From Lama glama (Eukaryota), in the NCBI GenBank assembly GCA_028534125.1, contig CM052816.1, forward strand, positions 76,882,001 to 76,946,000: a DNA stretch of 64,000 nt, read 5' to 3'. The position numbers and the translations under genes are program-made. Of this stretch, positions 39,301 to 49,225 are shown piece by piece. The notes under the pieces are model-generated. The model was given only the letters and a program-made list of their open reading frames with translations, searched no databases and was not told where the DNA came from. The first letter of the stretch is position 1. Every line of letters starts with the position of its first letter.

Positions 39301-42300
39301 TTTTAGCAGAGATTTCTAAAGGTACTAGACAGCAAAACCTATGCTATATTAAAAGTCATGAGCCCTGTAAAAATTCTATGTAATAGTGATTTTATAACTA
39401 ATGAGCCCCAAATTATCACATCATTTTGGGGAACTAAAACAGAGCAGCACCGTCCCGTCCCACACTCCAATTCCGTGATACATTTGTTCTTAAATCATAT
39501 TCAGTCACTGATGTTTATTTGTCTCACACACACAACAGCAGCAGCAACATTGGAGCATTCAGTAACAGAAAAAGCTGTTTCTTAGAACTCTTGAACAAAC
39601 AAGATGTAGGAGGAAATGTAATAGGGGTTTGAGAATCCAAGGAAATTGTTTTTTATAAGTAATTTTGTGAAGGAGGGTAATTATGCTGTTTATCATGAGT
39701 TACTAACTTTGGTCATGGAAAGGACTGTCTTATGCTTGACTACAGATAGTATCTTGTCCAGGTCTACAGAATTTTAGCATAATTGAGTTTTAAAAAATAG
39801 ATTGTCAAAAAATATAGGAAAATAAAAATCTTTAACTTCCAAAAATGATTATATTCTGTTTTGGATTTTATTTCTCTTAATCATCCAAATATTGAAAAAC
39901 AACAACAGAAAAATGCTTGATGCCAGACTAATTCCAGTCTCTGGCAATATTTTCTAATTTCTTATACATTTCTCTAATTATCTATCTCTTAATTTTAATT
40001 CAGGTATTTTACAGAGTCCAAACAACTCACATTAAGATTGACCTCATTGTTAAAGGTTTTGGTCGTTATTTTTAAATCACTAACTTAAACATGAATATCA
40101 TGGGAACACTTACTATTGTATTATTTTCCAATTTGTTTTAAGAGAAAATTCAAAACCAAAACAGAACCACCAATTTTAACTAACGAAAAAAAACATTTGT
40201 GACCATTACGGTCTGTGGAGACCTGTTCACCTTTTATTTTAGCCCCAAACATAAATACAGGTAAAGACAGATTTCAGTTATTGGAACCCTGAAACAAAAT
40301 CCACAATTTGTTCTCAAAGTCTGTTATTTGCACAGGTTTCCTCTTTTGGGAGACACATGCTGAACTGAGTTGTTTGGAGATGAGCTTATCCCCCTTTAAA
40401 AATTATGTTAAATTATGATGTCCACCTTAATTTGTTAAAAGTCTGTTACTATGAAATGAAAGAAAGAACTGTGATATCAAAGGATCCTACCCAAGAACCA
40501 TAGGTATCAAGTTTAGACGACCTTATGTGAATAATGTTTGCCACTTTTGCCTTAATCAAAATAAAAAGGAAGATACAGCATAATCTAATTTTTCATATAC
40601 TGAGAAAAGTATTACTTTATTGTGCATTTGTCATTGTGACACATGCCTCATTACTTGCATACTACAGGAGTTCAAAGATAACTTTGATTCTTTCTTTTCC
40701 AAATATGATTCTTATAAACAGTTTTCACAAAAAAGTGGTAAATTTCTTAATAAAATATCTTGGAGGGTTTTTTTACCTTGGAATATTCTTTTATTCTTTC
40801 TCTTTCTCTTTCTCACTTTCGTTTAAATGGAGGTGCTGGGGATTGAACCCAGGACCTCATGCTCAAACTCTACCACTGAGCTATACCCACCCCTCTACCC
40901 TGGAATATTCTAAGGGAAAGTTCATTTCCTTAAATTAATCTACAATTTCAGTTTTATGATTCTAACTTTTAAAAAATTTGCGTGTTAAATAAGTGGCAAT
41001 ATGACATTAATATGTTTAAGTAAGTTTATTATCATTTGTATTAATCTTTGCTTACGAGCTTGCTGATTTCTGATTTTTTTAGGCATTTACTCTGGTTTAG
41101 AAACCAAAACTAGATCTGAAGTGGACCAAAACCAATCAATTGAGTCAGTGAAAGAAATTATTCAGAACCTGTATTGACAAGGCTATAAACAGTACTAATC
41201 TCCAGCATACAATAATAATGGTTAGGCACTAACACAAAATTAAGAATTCCAAAGTTAGTAATATTAATTAGGTGTCAGCAGACATTTTCTGAAGAAAAAT
41301 AGTCCATGTTTTTTTCTAAGGAGTATTTTGCACAATATGGGGAAATGTAAAGTGATCAAAGAAATCTTTGCTTTCTTTTGTAAAATATGGTCTATTTTTC
41401 TACCTAACAGAGGAATTACTAGAATCCCTATTGTGTGTTCTTCTAATAATGATTTGTTCCATGAAAGATGAAAACGCGAAGGTTGCCACTCTGACAAATG
41501 GCAGAAGCAGCAGTGGAAGACCTTCCACACCGATTGTAAGAGAGCTGTTCTGAGACCGTTTGGAAAGCACACCCCCCCTAAGTAACCACTAGATTGCGGA
41601 TCTGAAAGGGTAGTTGAACACAGTTCTGACTCTGCTCAGTATAATAAAGTTTGAAAAGTTAAGTCTTAGAACTGGTGGTATTTAAAATCCCTACCTATGG
41701 ACTACTTTTGTAATTGGAGAAATTATGCTTCATAAATTCTTCCTACAACTGGGTCATGTGGGTAACACCTTGAAGAAATAAACTAAAATTTGAAAGGTGC
41801 TTGTGTTCCAACCTGCAGTGGCTTCAAAAAGAAAATATTATTCTTTAATTTAAGGGGGAAAGGAGAAAAGATTGTAAATGGAAGGAAAGAGGCATGTAAG
41901 AGAGAAAAGTTAGAAGAAGAAAAGAAAGGGAGAGAAAAGTGGGCTCAAGTAAGAAAAATGAGTCATATTTGGAGATAGAGACAATGATTTAATACATTAT
42001 ATTTTTAATTGCTAAATTCTATTTCAAATTCTTAAAAGAAATAGTAGAGATTTTTCCAGATTGTACTGTTGATAAAAATTTATTTTCTTTTTCTTCCTTA
42101 GATGGTTATGTCCTTCGGAGTTACTTGGTGGACAAGTAAGTCCATTTTCTTCTACTACTATACTTACAAAAAGAATTATATGCTTTTATTTTTAAAAGAT
42201 TCCTAATATCACTTAAATAACATACTAAGCTACCATGAAGAAATTTTAAAACAATATTCTATACTAATGTCAATATAGTAGTAGCCATAATGAAGTTAAA

Positions 42301-45120
42301 GTTTTCATAAAGTGTCACTCTTTCAAATATAGAAGAGAAACAATTCTCATTCATGATTATACAGCTCACAGTTTAATATCTTCATTGAGACAGACATTGC
42401 AAACATAGGAGACAGACAAGTCAAAACCATTAACACTTTCATTAACACTTTGATGTCACTTAGTATCAATGCAGTTGGTTGAAATGAATTAATCAGGGAC
42501 CAATAGTGTCTGCACAGTAGGTATAAATATCACCTGTTGAGTGTTCATGGTTGGGCCCCTGATTGAGAGCTTTTCTTTACCCACACCAGGCACAGTAGAG
42601 TATTAAGTTGTCTTTTTTAGAAGCATGCCAGAAAAAAGACAGTGGTCAATGATTCTTCTATTCTTATGAATAGGATGTTGTCACAGTCTGGTACTAGTGC
42701 TACTAGAGTCCCCCCAAATGTAAGATTCTGTTCAAGTAAATCAGTACAAGAAATGAACTCATTATCAGAGTAAGGCATATGTCAATACAAAGATTTACAG
42801 AATTCTGTGCATAATTTTAAAAAATCAAGGAGTATTTACAAACTGTATCCATAAACAACCTGACACCAATCAGGAGACAAATCGATGTTTAGTGCTCTGT
42901 CAGCAAACTAATAAAGAGTTAAAAGAAAGACAGTCAGAGCAGTAATCACAATGGTAGGCGTGAGACTTTTCAATAGGTTTTATCCCGTGAAAGATAGAAA
43001 TTTCAAGGAAAGAATGTGTGACAAATAACGGGACCTCTTCATCAGTGATTATTACAGGATGATTAAGAAAGAATTTAGAAAATGTACTGAGTAATTATTG
43101 CTTCTCCACCTATTGAAACACTTAATAAATGTTTATTGAATGAATGACAGAAAAATCTATCCTCTTTGCATTTGCATCATATTTCCATTAGTCAAATCCT
43201 CCCTCAATCTCAGAGAAAGGATCCGAACAGAAGACATAGGGAACTCACAGCATCTGCCATAGCTGGCAGCAATTTGAAAGGCCTGCTGCTGCTTCTGTGA
43301 TAAATGCACAAAGGTGGTACAAGAACCAAGAGTGGGTCTGGTCTAAGTGACAGTCACCTTACATTTCTGAACTTTGAAATCATATCCTACTTTTCAAAGC
43401 TGTATTAACATTTATAATACTTTCTATTTTGATTATTGTGTATCATTCTTTCTTCTATTAGATTATAAGCTTCTTGAAATCAAAACTTGTGTCTTACTTA
43501 TATTTATATCTAATGGAACATAGGAGGGACTCAGTATGTGTGTGGAATAGAGTATTTCCCAAAGATTCAGGACCAGATAAAACCTAAAATGTGTGAAAGT
43601 CACCAGAACTTTTATTAAGAATGCTACCTATAACCATAAATACTGCCATTAACATTTTAATCATTATATAAGATAAGAATTATCATACTAACTGTATCCT
43701 GGCTACTACTTAATCAATATTTAAATATATTGTAATTAACATTTACAAGTTATAATTAGAAACATTGCAAAAATGATACACCCATTTTCAGTGTTAAATA
43801 TGGTTGTATTTCATTCAACGTTTGAAGTTCAGATGAAAGTAGTATAAATCTGATATAAAGAATATAAAGGATTCATTGTATTTTTTGGATTAGAGCCCCC
43901 AGTGGAGTACTGTGCCATGATTTTTCAGTTTGCTCAGTTCAGCAAACACTTCGTACCAAACACAGCTGTGTGCTAGGCTCATGATTTAATCTAAAGATGG
44001 GTAAGGTATGGTCTGTGTTCTTGGGGAATGTTTTCATTATTCTGTGTGTCTACAATATGGAATAAATTGGGTGTTGGTTTTTTTTTTAAGAATGAGCAGA
44101 AGATTAGATTAAGTCAATGAAAGGAGATGCAGATGAATATGAAATTTCTTCTCACTTCTAAATGCATATGTAACTTCTCACCTTCAAATGCCTTGTGTCA
44201 CATAAAATCATTGTATTAAATCTTCAATCTAAATATTGCTTTAGTGTTAAGATTTTTTATTAAAATAAAAATTATTTTCTACATTTACAGTGATGGAGAA
44301 ATTTATGATGATATTGCTGATGGTAAGTCTCATGCAGCATCCATTGCAGAGAATAGTAATGGTGAATTTTCTGTTCCTACAAATACTGGAAACAGCTAGC
44401 TGAATTAATTGGAGCCTTCCAATCTGATCAGAATTTGAATCACCTGAAAATGTTAGGAAGGGTAAATGCTGCGGTATAATGAAAAAAAATTATTTTTATA
44501 CATGACTGGAAATCAAGGAAATTTTTCATTTATTTTCTTTGAAAACAAAAGAATGAAAATATTTGGTGAATTTTTTCATTATACCATGACTCTTAAAAAA
44601 GAATTACTTTTATCCACAAAAATGTTTGTACTTGGCCAATAAGCAGGTACTTATTTTATAATCTGTATTACTTACTAGTATTATCTAAGCATCATACATT
44701 TCTAAATTATGATCTAAAAAATTAATGTCACCTGAAGCATAGTGTTAATTACATTGTTTTAAACTTATGATTCTTACTGATATTTAATATTTTCAAACTC
44801 ATTCAGGATGACTATCAAAAAGTACATTTAATTAAGTGTCAGGTAAAATAATCCTGTGTCTTATTTTGATAGAGAGTAGATCTGTTTAGAAACTTGGTTG
44901 GAATTTTACCCTGAGCAATGAAATTTAAATAAATGTATGGCCTTCCGTTTAACTGCTTTTTCATAAAGTGATCCAGCTCTACTTTTTTTAATCCTAAACC
45001 AGGAGAGTATGAATCACCTATATTTCCAACCTTGGAACATTTAGAGGGTATATGTTTTGTATAACTGTATTTAAATCTGTATTTTTTTTTCTTTCAGGTT
45101 GCATCTATGACAATGACTAG
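2923..45120 (+). CDS. FYB1: FYN-binding protein 1 (ADAP/SLAP-130), 3' portion of spliced CDS, 5'-partial; join(2923..3079,14114..14160,16071..16090,16535..16569,17543..17663,20182..20341,20842..20986,25225..25247,26344..26410,27231..27365,[missing microexon],30024..30090,32931..33021,34121..34283,42102..42135,44291..44322,45098..45120)
   Basis: Spliced translation gives TSKGQTSYSTMSLPPPPPSH...EGETYEDIEASKERE...KKFKLTGPIQVIHQAKACCDVKGGKNELSFKQGEQIEIIRITDNPEGKWLGRTARGSYGYIK...EVYDDV...FPPPPDDDIYDGI...EVYDDV...YDGEIRVLY...GKYGYVLRSYLVDNDGEIYDDIADGCIYDND*, which I recognise as ADAP. All junctions are GT-AG with compatible phases except the one spanning the N gap. Confidence 0.97.
3357..3517 (+). 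repeat. Imperfect (CAC/CAT)n trinucleotide repeat
   Basis: Directly visible. Confidence 0.95.
3518..3740 (-). mobile_element. MIR SINE relic
   Basis: atttcacagatgggtaaatgga...aagtaacttctccaagatcacacag...cttttaaccact. Confidence 0.7.
4835..5315 (-). mobile_element. Solo LTR relic (MER21-like, ERVL)
   Basis: ccctcaagaccaccc...catggctaagatttat...ggaagcccattagag...caggcctgctctgttaactctttcctg resembles MER21 from memory. Confidence 0.55.
6280..7700 (-). mobile_element. L2 LINE relic
   Basis: Purine-rich L2 antisense hallmarks: gcagatatctggaggaagaccattccaga, ggattctggtcatattttaaaggtagag, gtgtagtgtcctggaagccaagt. Confidence 0.75.
9590..10070 (-). mobile_element. L2 3' end relic
   Basis: gggcttatggtctagtaggaggaagagagac...cattccagagaagggaaacagcatgggctaag. 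Confidence 0.6.
10520..11230 (-). mobile_element. Old L1 (L1MC-like) 3' region
   Basis: tatttgaaaaattttaagcatatgaaa...tataatgaacccc...tattttgaaactaataccaaacatc...cataaatatttcag. Confidence 0.55.
11548..11599. repeat. Compound microsatellite ATA(TG)9(TA)5(CA)9TAT, perfect 52-bp palindrome
   Basis: Counted directly; sequence equals its own reverse complement. Confidence 0.95.
11787..11896 (-). mobile_element. tRNA-Ala-derived SINE
   Basis: Reverse complement reads CAGCTCAGTGGTAGAGCGCATGCTTAGCATGCACGAATCCCTGGGTTCAATTCTCAGTACCTC followed by poly-A. Confidence 0.85.
11990..13020 (-). mobile_element. L2 LINE relic interrupted by a GATA microsatellite
   Basis: catgagagatgatagagtcctgg, gatttggtaattaag...gagtggtttcagtgaagga...aagccagattgtag...tggacagctttc. 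Confidence 0.7.
12397..12497 (+). repeat. (GGAT)n/(GATA)n tetranucleotide microsatellite
   Basis: Directly visible. Confidence 0.95.
14114..14160 (+). CDS. FYB1: FYB1 exon (47 nt, phase 2->1)
   Basis: Long pyrimidine tract, ttttcag|A AGC TCT GTC AAT GAA GAC AAT CAA GAT...GAT G|gtaagt; SSVNEDNQDNVMYSDG. Confidence 0.93.
14330..15600 (-). mobile_element. Old L1 relic (3' UTR/ORF2 end, antisense)
   Basis: ttgaggatccatccatgttg, ttgtattctaggtattaatcctatgtcagt...gcaaatatcttctc, tttaagaaatcctacccc. Confidence 0.7.
16071..16090 (+). CDS. FYB1: FYB1 microexon (20 nt, phase 1->0)
   Basis: T-tract, caccttag|GT ACT GGA AAT CTA GAT GAG|gtcagt; GTGNLDE, bridges the neighbouring phases exactly. Confidence 0.9.
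16535..16569 (+). CDS. FYB1: FYB1 exon (35 nt, phase 0->2)
   Basis: ctcaacag|GAA CAA GAC AGT GAA GGA GAA ACA TAT GAA GAC AT|gtatgg; EQDSEGETYEDI. Confidence 0.93.
17543..17663 (+). CDS. FYB1: FYB1 exon, E/K-rich helix preceding first hSH3 (121 nt, phase 2->0)
   Basis: tccacag|A GAA GCA TCC AAA...AAA TTT AAA|gtaaga; EASKEREKKREKEEKKRLELEKKEQKEREKKEQEIKKKFK. Confidence 0.95.
18560..18790 (+). mobile_element. MIR SINE relic
   Basis: gcttggagttag...ggattcaaattctagct...tgtgaccatggac...aacttctctgaacctcag...ttaaataaaataatgcatataa. Confidence 0.7.
20182..20341 (+). CDS. FYB1: FYB1 exon, N-terminal helically extended SH3 domain (160 nt, phase 0->1)
   Basis: tttgcag|CTA ACA GGC...GGG TCA T|gtgagt; LTGPIQVIHQAKACCDVKGGKNELSFKQGEQIEIIRITDNPEGKWLGRTARGS. 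Confidence 0.97.
20842..20986 (+). CDS. FYB1: FYB1 exon, end of hSH3-N plus first YDDV motif (145 nt, phase 1->2)
   Basis: gatag|AT GGC TAT ATT AAG...AGC AG|gtatgt; YGYIKTTAVEIDYDSLKRKKNSLGALSSRPTEDDQEVYDDVAEQADTS. Confidence 0.96.
24570..25105 (-). mobile_element. L1 3' end fragment
   Basis: gttgacttacaatattatattagtttcaggtataaca...cagtatttgtctttctc...ccatgttgttgcaaatggcaaaat...ttggctattgtaaataat. Confidence 0.85.
25225..25247 (+). CDS. FYB1: FYB1 microexon (23 nt, phase 2->1)
   Basis: ttttccctag|C CAC AGT CAG AGT GGA AGT GGA G|gtaagc; SHSQSGSGG. Confidence 0.92.
26344..26410 (+). CDS. FYB1: FYB1 exon with FPPPP (EVH1 ligand) and YDGI (Fyn SH2 site) (67 nt, phase 1->2)
   Basis: aaatgaag|GG ATG TTC CCA CCT CCC CCA GAT GAT GAT ATT TAT GAT GGG ATT...GAC AG|gtaaga. 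Confidence 0.95.
27231..27365 (+). CDS. FYB1: FYB1 cassette exon defining the long (FYB-130-type) isoform (135 nt, phase 2->2)
   Basis: ctccaaag|C TCC ATG CCA CAG GTT GAA GAG AAG AGT AAT ACG TGG TCC TGG...TCA TT|gtaagg; SMPQVEEKSNTWSWGILKMLKGKDDKKKSIREKPKVSDSDDEGS; frame-neutral. Confidence 0.9.
28250..28385 (-). mobile_element. Short young L1 3' end, same family as 2074-2324
   Basis: Reverse complement closely matches ~2170-2280 (tgtgacaatgaatatatatatgttcacgtataactgaaaaattgtgctctacact). Confidence 0.85.
28960..29459. other. Assembly gap (500 N)
   Basis: Run of exactly 500 N. Confidence 1.
29778..29955 (+). mobile_element. L1 3' end fragment
   Basis: aaacaacgaggtcctactgtattgtacaggga...tataatgaaaaagaata...gtacaccagaaatt...cttcaataaa. 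Confidence 0.75.
30024..30090 (+). CDS. FYB1: FYB1 exon with second YDDV motif (67 nt, phase 1->2)
   Basis: ttttgttag|AA ATG GGA GAC GAA GTT TAT GAT GAT GTG GAT...GAG ATG AG|gtaatt; MGDEVYDDVDASNFPAPPAEMS. Confidence 0.95.
30284..30320 (+). repeat. (CT)n microsatellite
   Basis: Directly visible. Confidence 0.95.
31525..31790 (-). mobile_element. L1 3' end fragment
   Basis: aatattggctatgttccccgtgctgtacaatacatccttg...gtaaccactagtttgttctc...ttttagattccacatgtaagt. Confidence 0.8.
32180..32390. mobile_element. MER5-like hAT-Charlie MITE relic
   Basis: ggttctcaaccttggctgca...ctgggagcttttaaaa...aaaagcttcccaggtgatcct...gccaggctagagaattgct. Confidence 0.7.
32931..33021 (+). CDS. FYB1: FYB1 exon, K/E-rich helix of C-terminal hSH3 (91 nt, phase 2->0)
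   Basis: cattctag|T CTA GGA GCC AAG GCC AAG TCA GAA GAA...AAA TTT AAA|gtatgt; SLGAKAKSEEKDLKKLKKQEKEEKDFRKKFK. Confidence 0.92.
33147..33243 (-). mobile_element. tRNA-Ala-derived SINE with TSD
   Basis: tRNA-like body on - strand; TSD CAAAATTTATTTT at 33134-33146 and 33245-33257. Confidence 0.85.
33395..33915 (+). mobile_element. L1 (L1MA-like) 3' end
   Basis: atggaatattattcagcc...gcattatgctaagcgaaataagtcagacagaga...gggtacaaatgttcagttataagatgaata. Confidence 0.8.
34121..34283 (+). CDS. FYB1: FYB1 exon, C-terminal hSH3 domain (163 nt, phase 0->1)
   Basis: ttttccag|TAT GAT GGT GAA ATT AGA...GGA AAA T|gtaagt; YDGEIRVLYSAKVALSFTSKKWGNRDLQIKPGESLEVIQNTDDTKVLCRNEEGK. Confidence 0.96.
35835..35990. 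mobile_element. MER5A-like MITE relic
   Basis: ggggatcttgttaaaaatgcagattctaatttagtaggtctgaggtggg...attctgcattttcccaagctc. Confidence 0.75.
36475..36880. mobile_element. ERVL-type solo LTR relic
   Basis: tgtcttagtttggtttcccc...ttgggaggtgattctgggaaa...gggaagagaaggcagctgataaag; family uncertain. Confidence 0.45.
40790..40896 (-). mobile_element. tRNA-Ala-derived SINE with anticodon-arm deletion and 15-bp TSD
   Basis: ggaggtgctggggattgaacccaggacctc...taccactgagctataccc; TSD ACC(T/C)TGGAATATTCT at 40775-40789 and 40897-40911. Confidence 0.85.
42102..42135 (+). CDS. FYB1: FYB1 exon (34 nt, phase 1->2)
   Basis: ttccttag|AT GGT TAT GTC CTT CGG AGT TAC TTG GTG GAC AA|gtaagt; YGYVLRSYLVDN. Confidence 0.94.
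44291..44322 (+). CDS. FYB1: FYB1 exon (32 nt, phase 2->1)
   Basis: tttacag|T GAT GGA GAA ATT TAT GAT GAT ATT GCT GAT G|gtaagt; DGEIYDDIADG. Confidence 0.94.
45098..45120 (+). CDS. FYB1: FYB1 terminal coding exon to stop codon
   Basis: ttttctttcag|GT TGC ATC TAT GAC AAT GAC TAG; GCIYDND*. Confidence 0.95.
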
Positions 45121-47100
45121 CTCTCAGCTCTGCTCATTCTGCTGTGTTCATTTGATGCCAATGTGAAGTCTGGGTTTTAATTGGGATATTTTACTAGGTA
45201 TCATAGAAAATGAGTACACAAAACTACTCATTACCATTTGTTATAAAATTCTTATTATCCTTTAGAAAATGACCTCTGCTTAATAACATCTTGGAAGAGT
45301 ACATCAATGAGATGTGAGAATTATTAAGTGTCCATTTCTGCCTTGGGTACAACTGTGAAGGCACTTCTTCTAGACCATCAATAGACAACTTTCCCTTCCT
45401 AAGAAAATATCATTTGAGAAGAAATGACTGTTGTCTAAATAAATATAAGCAAGAACAATAAAGAAATATAAGGGAGACAATTTTTAAACTTCCCATAAGA
45501 AGGAAAACTATTGTTTGTGCTTCTAATTATGATCATATCTTAGATTCTGTATTCAAATTATCCATCTTTAAAAAAGCATGGGTGTCTCCTCTCTTACTGG
45601 TGGGTTAAATATTTTAAAAAATTATAGTAGTAGCAGAACTTCTGTGTAAAATTTGTCCGTATTTGTTCATTGTTAATATGTTTTAATTATTTGATAAGAA
45701 TGTTTGCAATTAGTATGCACACCTAAGATTAAAACTGTTGAAGAGTCTAAAATGTCTTCTTTCTGCAGTTTCATGTGCAAACAGTATTAATAATTATAAT
45801 TAATAACTCTATATTCTCTTTAAAGTACTGTTGTAATTAAAGTAGCTGTGAATGAAGACTACCCTAAAATTATGAAGAATGGAGCAGTGGACTTTGACAT
45901 TAACTAGCTGCTTCTTCTTTTTCCTATGCAGACTTTTAAAGGTTTTCAGTTTTTTGTTTTTTCAGTTACCTCTATGGAAAAAAAAAATTTTTTTTTAACC
46001 AAACTGGAAAATTGGCCAGCAGAGGGAGTACAAATTAATAAACCTTAGTGTTTGGGCTAGGGTGTTTGCTATTGGTACAGACTCATTTCCAAAGTAACCT
46101 GAAAACAAAATGTGAAGCATTTGGGTTCCAAATGCTAAGAACACTAACCACCACGATACAAAAATGCAAAAATCTAACACCCAAGAAAATAGCATATTGG
46201 GAAATTTTTTTCACCACTTTCAAAATACTGAGCTAATCCTAACGCTGGTTCTGCTACTAATGAGCCATGATGTGGTATTGGGTAGATTATTTATCCTCCC
46301 AGTTTTCTCATCTGCCTATTAGGATTAGGCCAAGTCCATTTTCCCCAACTTTTTCACTCTTAGTTACCTCAGACTTCTCTAATCCTCTACCCCAGCCCTG
46401 TGTTCTGGAAGTTTTGCTTATTTTTAAAACTCATCGATTAAATAATGATGAATGCATTATCCATGTTTTAACATTGCAAAGGTTCATTGGAGAGTCTGAA
46501 GAATGGCTGTGCTGAACTGAGGAAATTTCAAGTAATTATAATGGAACTCAAAGTCTTCATATGGGTAAAGGGAGATTTCTATTAGGTGCTTTGAAATTTA
46601 AAATAGATCAACTACTGTTGTTCAATGTATACATTCTGGGAGTCTGAGACCCCCAAGTTTAGAAGCTACTGATCTCAAAGACCCCCACCAATTATGAAAT
46701 ATTTTGATGTCCACTTTTTGATAGGGGGAGCCAGTGTATGTTCATGTGATGAATTTGATGCTAGATAAAATTACATCATCCAAAAGTTTTTTTGTTTATT
46801 AAATTTGGTAACAAATATGCATGATACACTGATAGTATATTTCCAGTAATTTTTTTTTCTGATTGAGAACAGTATAAACTTAATACAATGTCAGTTTTTA
46901 AAATTCCAAATTAGATAAAGGGAATATTTTTGAGTTTTGGTTTATATGACATGAAACAGACACATGCCTATGAAAGATTTATATAATAGACAACCCTCTT
47001 AATATAAAAGATATATCTGAAGTATTCATTTTAATGTACTAAATATTATTTCTATTACGGTTTTATGTAAGGAATTTTGTCATGTGAGAAGAGTGCCAAA
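45121..47100 (+). other. FYB1: FYB1 3' UTR (3' end uncertain); AATAAA candidates at 45438, 45457 and 46037
   Basis: AT-rich, largely repeat-free sequence after the stop. The hexamers are visible but the cleavage site cannot be determined. Confidence 0.5.
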
Positions 47101-47691
47101 TAATACCTTCAGCAGATAAATTTGCCTCCTCTGTATCCAGAAATTGAGGCCATCAGCCTTTCTGTCCCCGTAACTTGATCCCACAGCTACAAAGAAGCCT
47201 TTCTCTGAGCTCATTCTTATTTCTTTTAAAAAGTTTCCCCCTCAGAGGATGGGGTACCTCCTGTTCAAGACCAAACCTTCCACCAGCAGTGCCCTTGATA
47301 CTTTGCCTCCTGTTTTGTGGTAGAAATTGAGATAAGCAAGTGCAGTTCCTACAACATACAGCCTTAACCCATATTCAGACACTATCCCAGAGAATCAGAT
47401 GTCACTGCTCAGATTCAAAGCCACAGCCTGTTATCCCATGTCTTCCTGCTTCTCTGAGTCTTCTTCCTCCACAGTTAATTCATGCTCAACCTCTCTCTCT
47501 CTCCTCTTCCCCATTCCTCTTTCCCTCCTTCCCTTCCTCTTTATTATCTTTTTTATCTCCCTCTCTAGGCTTACAAACATACTGAAGTCTTTTCTATTTG
47601 AAAAACAACAGGAAACCTTGCCTCAAATCCAAATACCTCTCTAACTGCAGCTCATTTCTATCTTCCTTTCCTCCTCCCACTGTCTTAAAAT

Positions 47692-48122
47692 GTTAGGGGA
47701 CATGTGGCAGCCAGGAGACTGTGCCTTACAGACCTTCAGCCATGGAGAGCTTAGTTAACCAAAGGCCCCAGCTTCTGCACTCTGAAATCCATCACCACAG
47801 TTGTGCCAACCCTGGCCTTCCCACGGACTGCTCCTGTGTGGCCAGTGATTGAGCATGTCATGCTTGTTCCCAAAAGATACAGAACGTTCCGACAGCCTTG
47901 CTAACCCTTCCTTACCCTGTACAGCACTCTGAGATGCTTCTACCCAACCATCTCTCCCTCCTCCCTTCATGGGGTTGGACGTGCTTTGCTGCCTGATGGC
48001 TCCTCCAGCCTTCCCTGGTTCCCTCCCGTTTCCTCCGACCCATGTATGTGCTCCCCTCTCCCAAAATTACTACGTTTTCACCCCATCTTGTGTTTACTTT
48101 CCAGAGGGCCTGCACTGAACAC
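47692..48122. mobile_element. ERVL LTR relic (LTR16-like)
   Basis: tgttaggggacatgtggcagccaggagactgtgcc...catcttgtgtttactttccagagggcctgcactgaacaca; TG...CA ends. Confidence 0.5.
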
Positions 48123-48844
48123 AGGATAGCTAGAGTATCTGTTTATGAAAATAAACATCCTCGTCCTCAGATCAACTGAATCAGAATCTCTGGGGAAGTA
48201 ACTTTTCAATCAATTTTTAATTAACTCTAAATATGAATTGGATGTTTAGCCAGGTTTGGGAACCCCTGGTTCCTGTCCACCCTCTGCCACATTCTCAAGT
48301 TACATTCAGTCTTCAACTGACTGCGATTTGGTCTCTGCTACAATCACTCTAAAGTCATCTCTACGTGGATGTCCCACAAGGAACTCTAACGCGTAGGTCT
48401 CAACACTGAACTCATCCTCTTTCCTCCTTTCAGTTGATGATCCCTGCGGCAGATTCTGTCTCAGTGACGAATCTGTCACCCATTCACCCAAGCTCAAAAC
48501 CCAGAAGTCGCTCTGCTTCTGCTCTTTCACTCTCCATGTCCAATGAATCATTAAGCTGAGTTCCCCCAAAGCAGACTCGAACCTATTTATTTTAGACTCC
48601 TATGCTTTACATGGTACTGGAAGCCTTTCGCTATATATTTGATAAGGAAAGAATAAATGATGTCTGCAAAGAATGTGTTACTCCAGTGGGCTGCCACTGT
48701 AATTTTTCCTTAATTGCTGATTCAAATGCCGTAAGAGATTGAGCAAATTGATGGCTGAGGAATGCCACTGAGATTTATCAACATGTGGGTCATAGGTGAC
48801 CTTAGAAAGCCTGAAGCAATCAACACCAAGCTGATTGCAGTGGT

Positions 48845-49225
48845 GTCACCGGTGGGGAGGCAGATTTTGAGGCAGAGTTTGAGGTACAGATGTCTATTAG
48901 GTATCAACATCTGTGAAAGGAAGGGAAGAAACATGATTGAGCAGAGAAAGCAGTTGAACTGGGATCCAACATCTTCAGCCAACCAGATGGGGACCTCGGG
49001 AATAAACGCTACCCATCCGAGTTATCCCCCCTTCAGGCCAAATGGCCAGTCTTTTTACTTGCACCTTGCTCATCACCATATGTGGTTCCCCTAGAGAGGG
49101 CATGACCTCATGCAAGATGACACTGAGGCTGAGCAGACCCTGAAGGAACAGACAGTTTGAGGAGTCTGCAGACCACACTCCCCTCCGCTGGGCAGCAAGT
49201 CCTTCCTTGAAGATGTTCTAGCGGC
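48845..49225. mobile_element. ERVL LTR relic (LTR16-like)
   Basis: ggcagattttgaggcagagtttgagg...atcaacatctgtgaaaggaagggaaga...cagctgggcagcaagtccttccttgaag-like end. Confidence 0.5.
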
